Part shown: positions 63,521 through 64,000 of the stretch, one piece after another | Position numbering within the stretch: the first letter of the stretch is position 1 | How the letters are laid out: each line of letters begins with the position of its first letter | Assembly (NCBI GenBank): GCA_051294905.1 | Contig: CM119372.1 | Coordinates: 9,240,001-9,304,000 of the forward strand | From: Botryllus schlosseri | Taxonomy: Eukaryota | DNA length: 64,000 nucleotides | Reading direction: 5' to 3' | Notes under the pieces: generated by a model | What the model was told of the DNA's origin: nothing | Database searches by the model: none | The model's input: only the letters and a program-made list of their open reading frames with translations | Position numbers and translations under genes: made by a program

Positions 63521-64000
63521 AAGATGGAAAACATTTTCAACAAATGTTGAGATTAAAACCATCCGACGGCAGTGTTGCAGTTTAACTCTAGTCACCATTC
63601 GAAACGAATCGGTAACATTTACACCAAGTTCTGAGGAGGAAAAAAAGTGCACACCGAGTTCATAGTTTGGTGAAAAATGGACCAATGCGCCGATGCGAAA
63701 TGACGATGCGAAACCATTATATGCAGGTTATATGGAGAATATAACAGTTCACGCGGGATCCGTGGTCGCACTGCTGTATAACTTTTCATTCAAAAATCCA
63801 CTGCCTAGAGAGAAGCCGAAATGGGGATTTAATAAGAATAAAGCACATTCCAACATCCGCGTTCACAATTAAATATTCTGTAGCCCATTCCTCACAGAGC
63901 ATATCGTCGCATACGCAGAGTTAACACCACATTACGACTAAAACAAAAGGAGCATATAGAAATATGTCAACTTACATAGTCGCTAGAACCACTAATTCTG

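Overview
Intron-rich animal genomic DNA, most plausibly an ascidian/tunicate. The taxon is inferred from gene content, 55-70 nt minimal introns and a W-x-R-Q-type 7TM gene, and is not proven. Genes assembled by hand from GT/GC-AG splice sites: (1) a 1.9-kb terminal exon of an unknown disordered S/R/K-rich protein; (2) a complete 12-exon Musashi gene (about 392 aa) whose RRM1 lacks the Trp29 and Phe96 equivalents; (3) an intronless orphan 7TM gene on the minus strand; (4,5) two tandem, intact 12-exon, 523-aa firefly-luciferase/4CL-like ANL adenylating enzymes, both ending in peroxisomal AKL and sharing a GC-AG intron and a GWGxTE motif; (6) the last exon of a synaptotagmin-like C2B domain on the minus strand. 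Introns and intergenic DNA carry many non-autonomous hAT elements with 8-bp TSDs, some nested three deep. Also present are a 666-bp foldback element, transposase fossils and Penelope-like remnants, one followed by a minimal hammerhead ribozyme motif. Most short ORFs in the supplied track are incidental.
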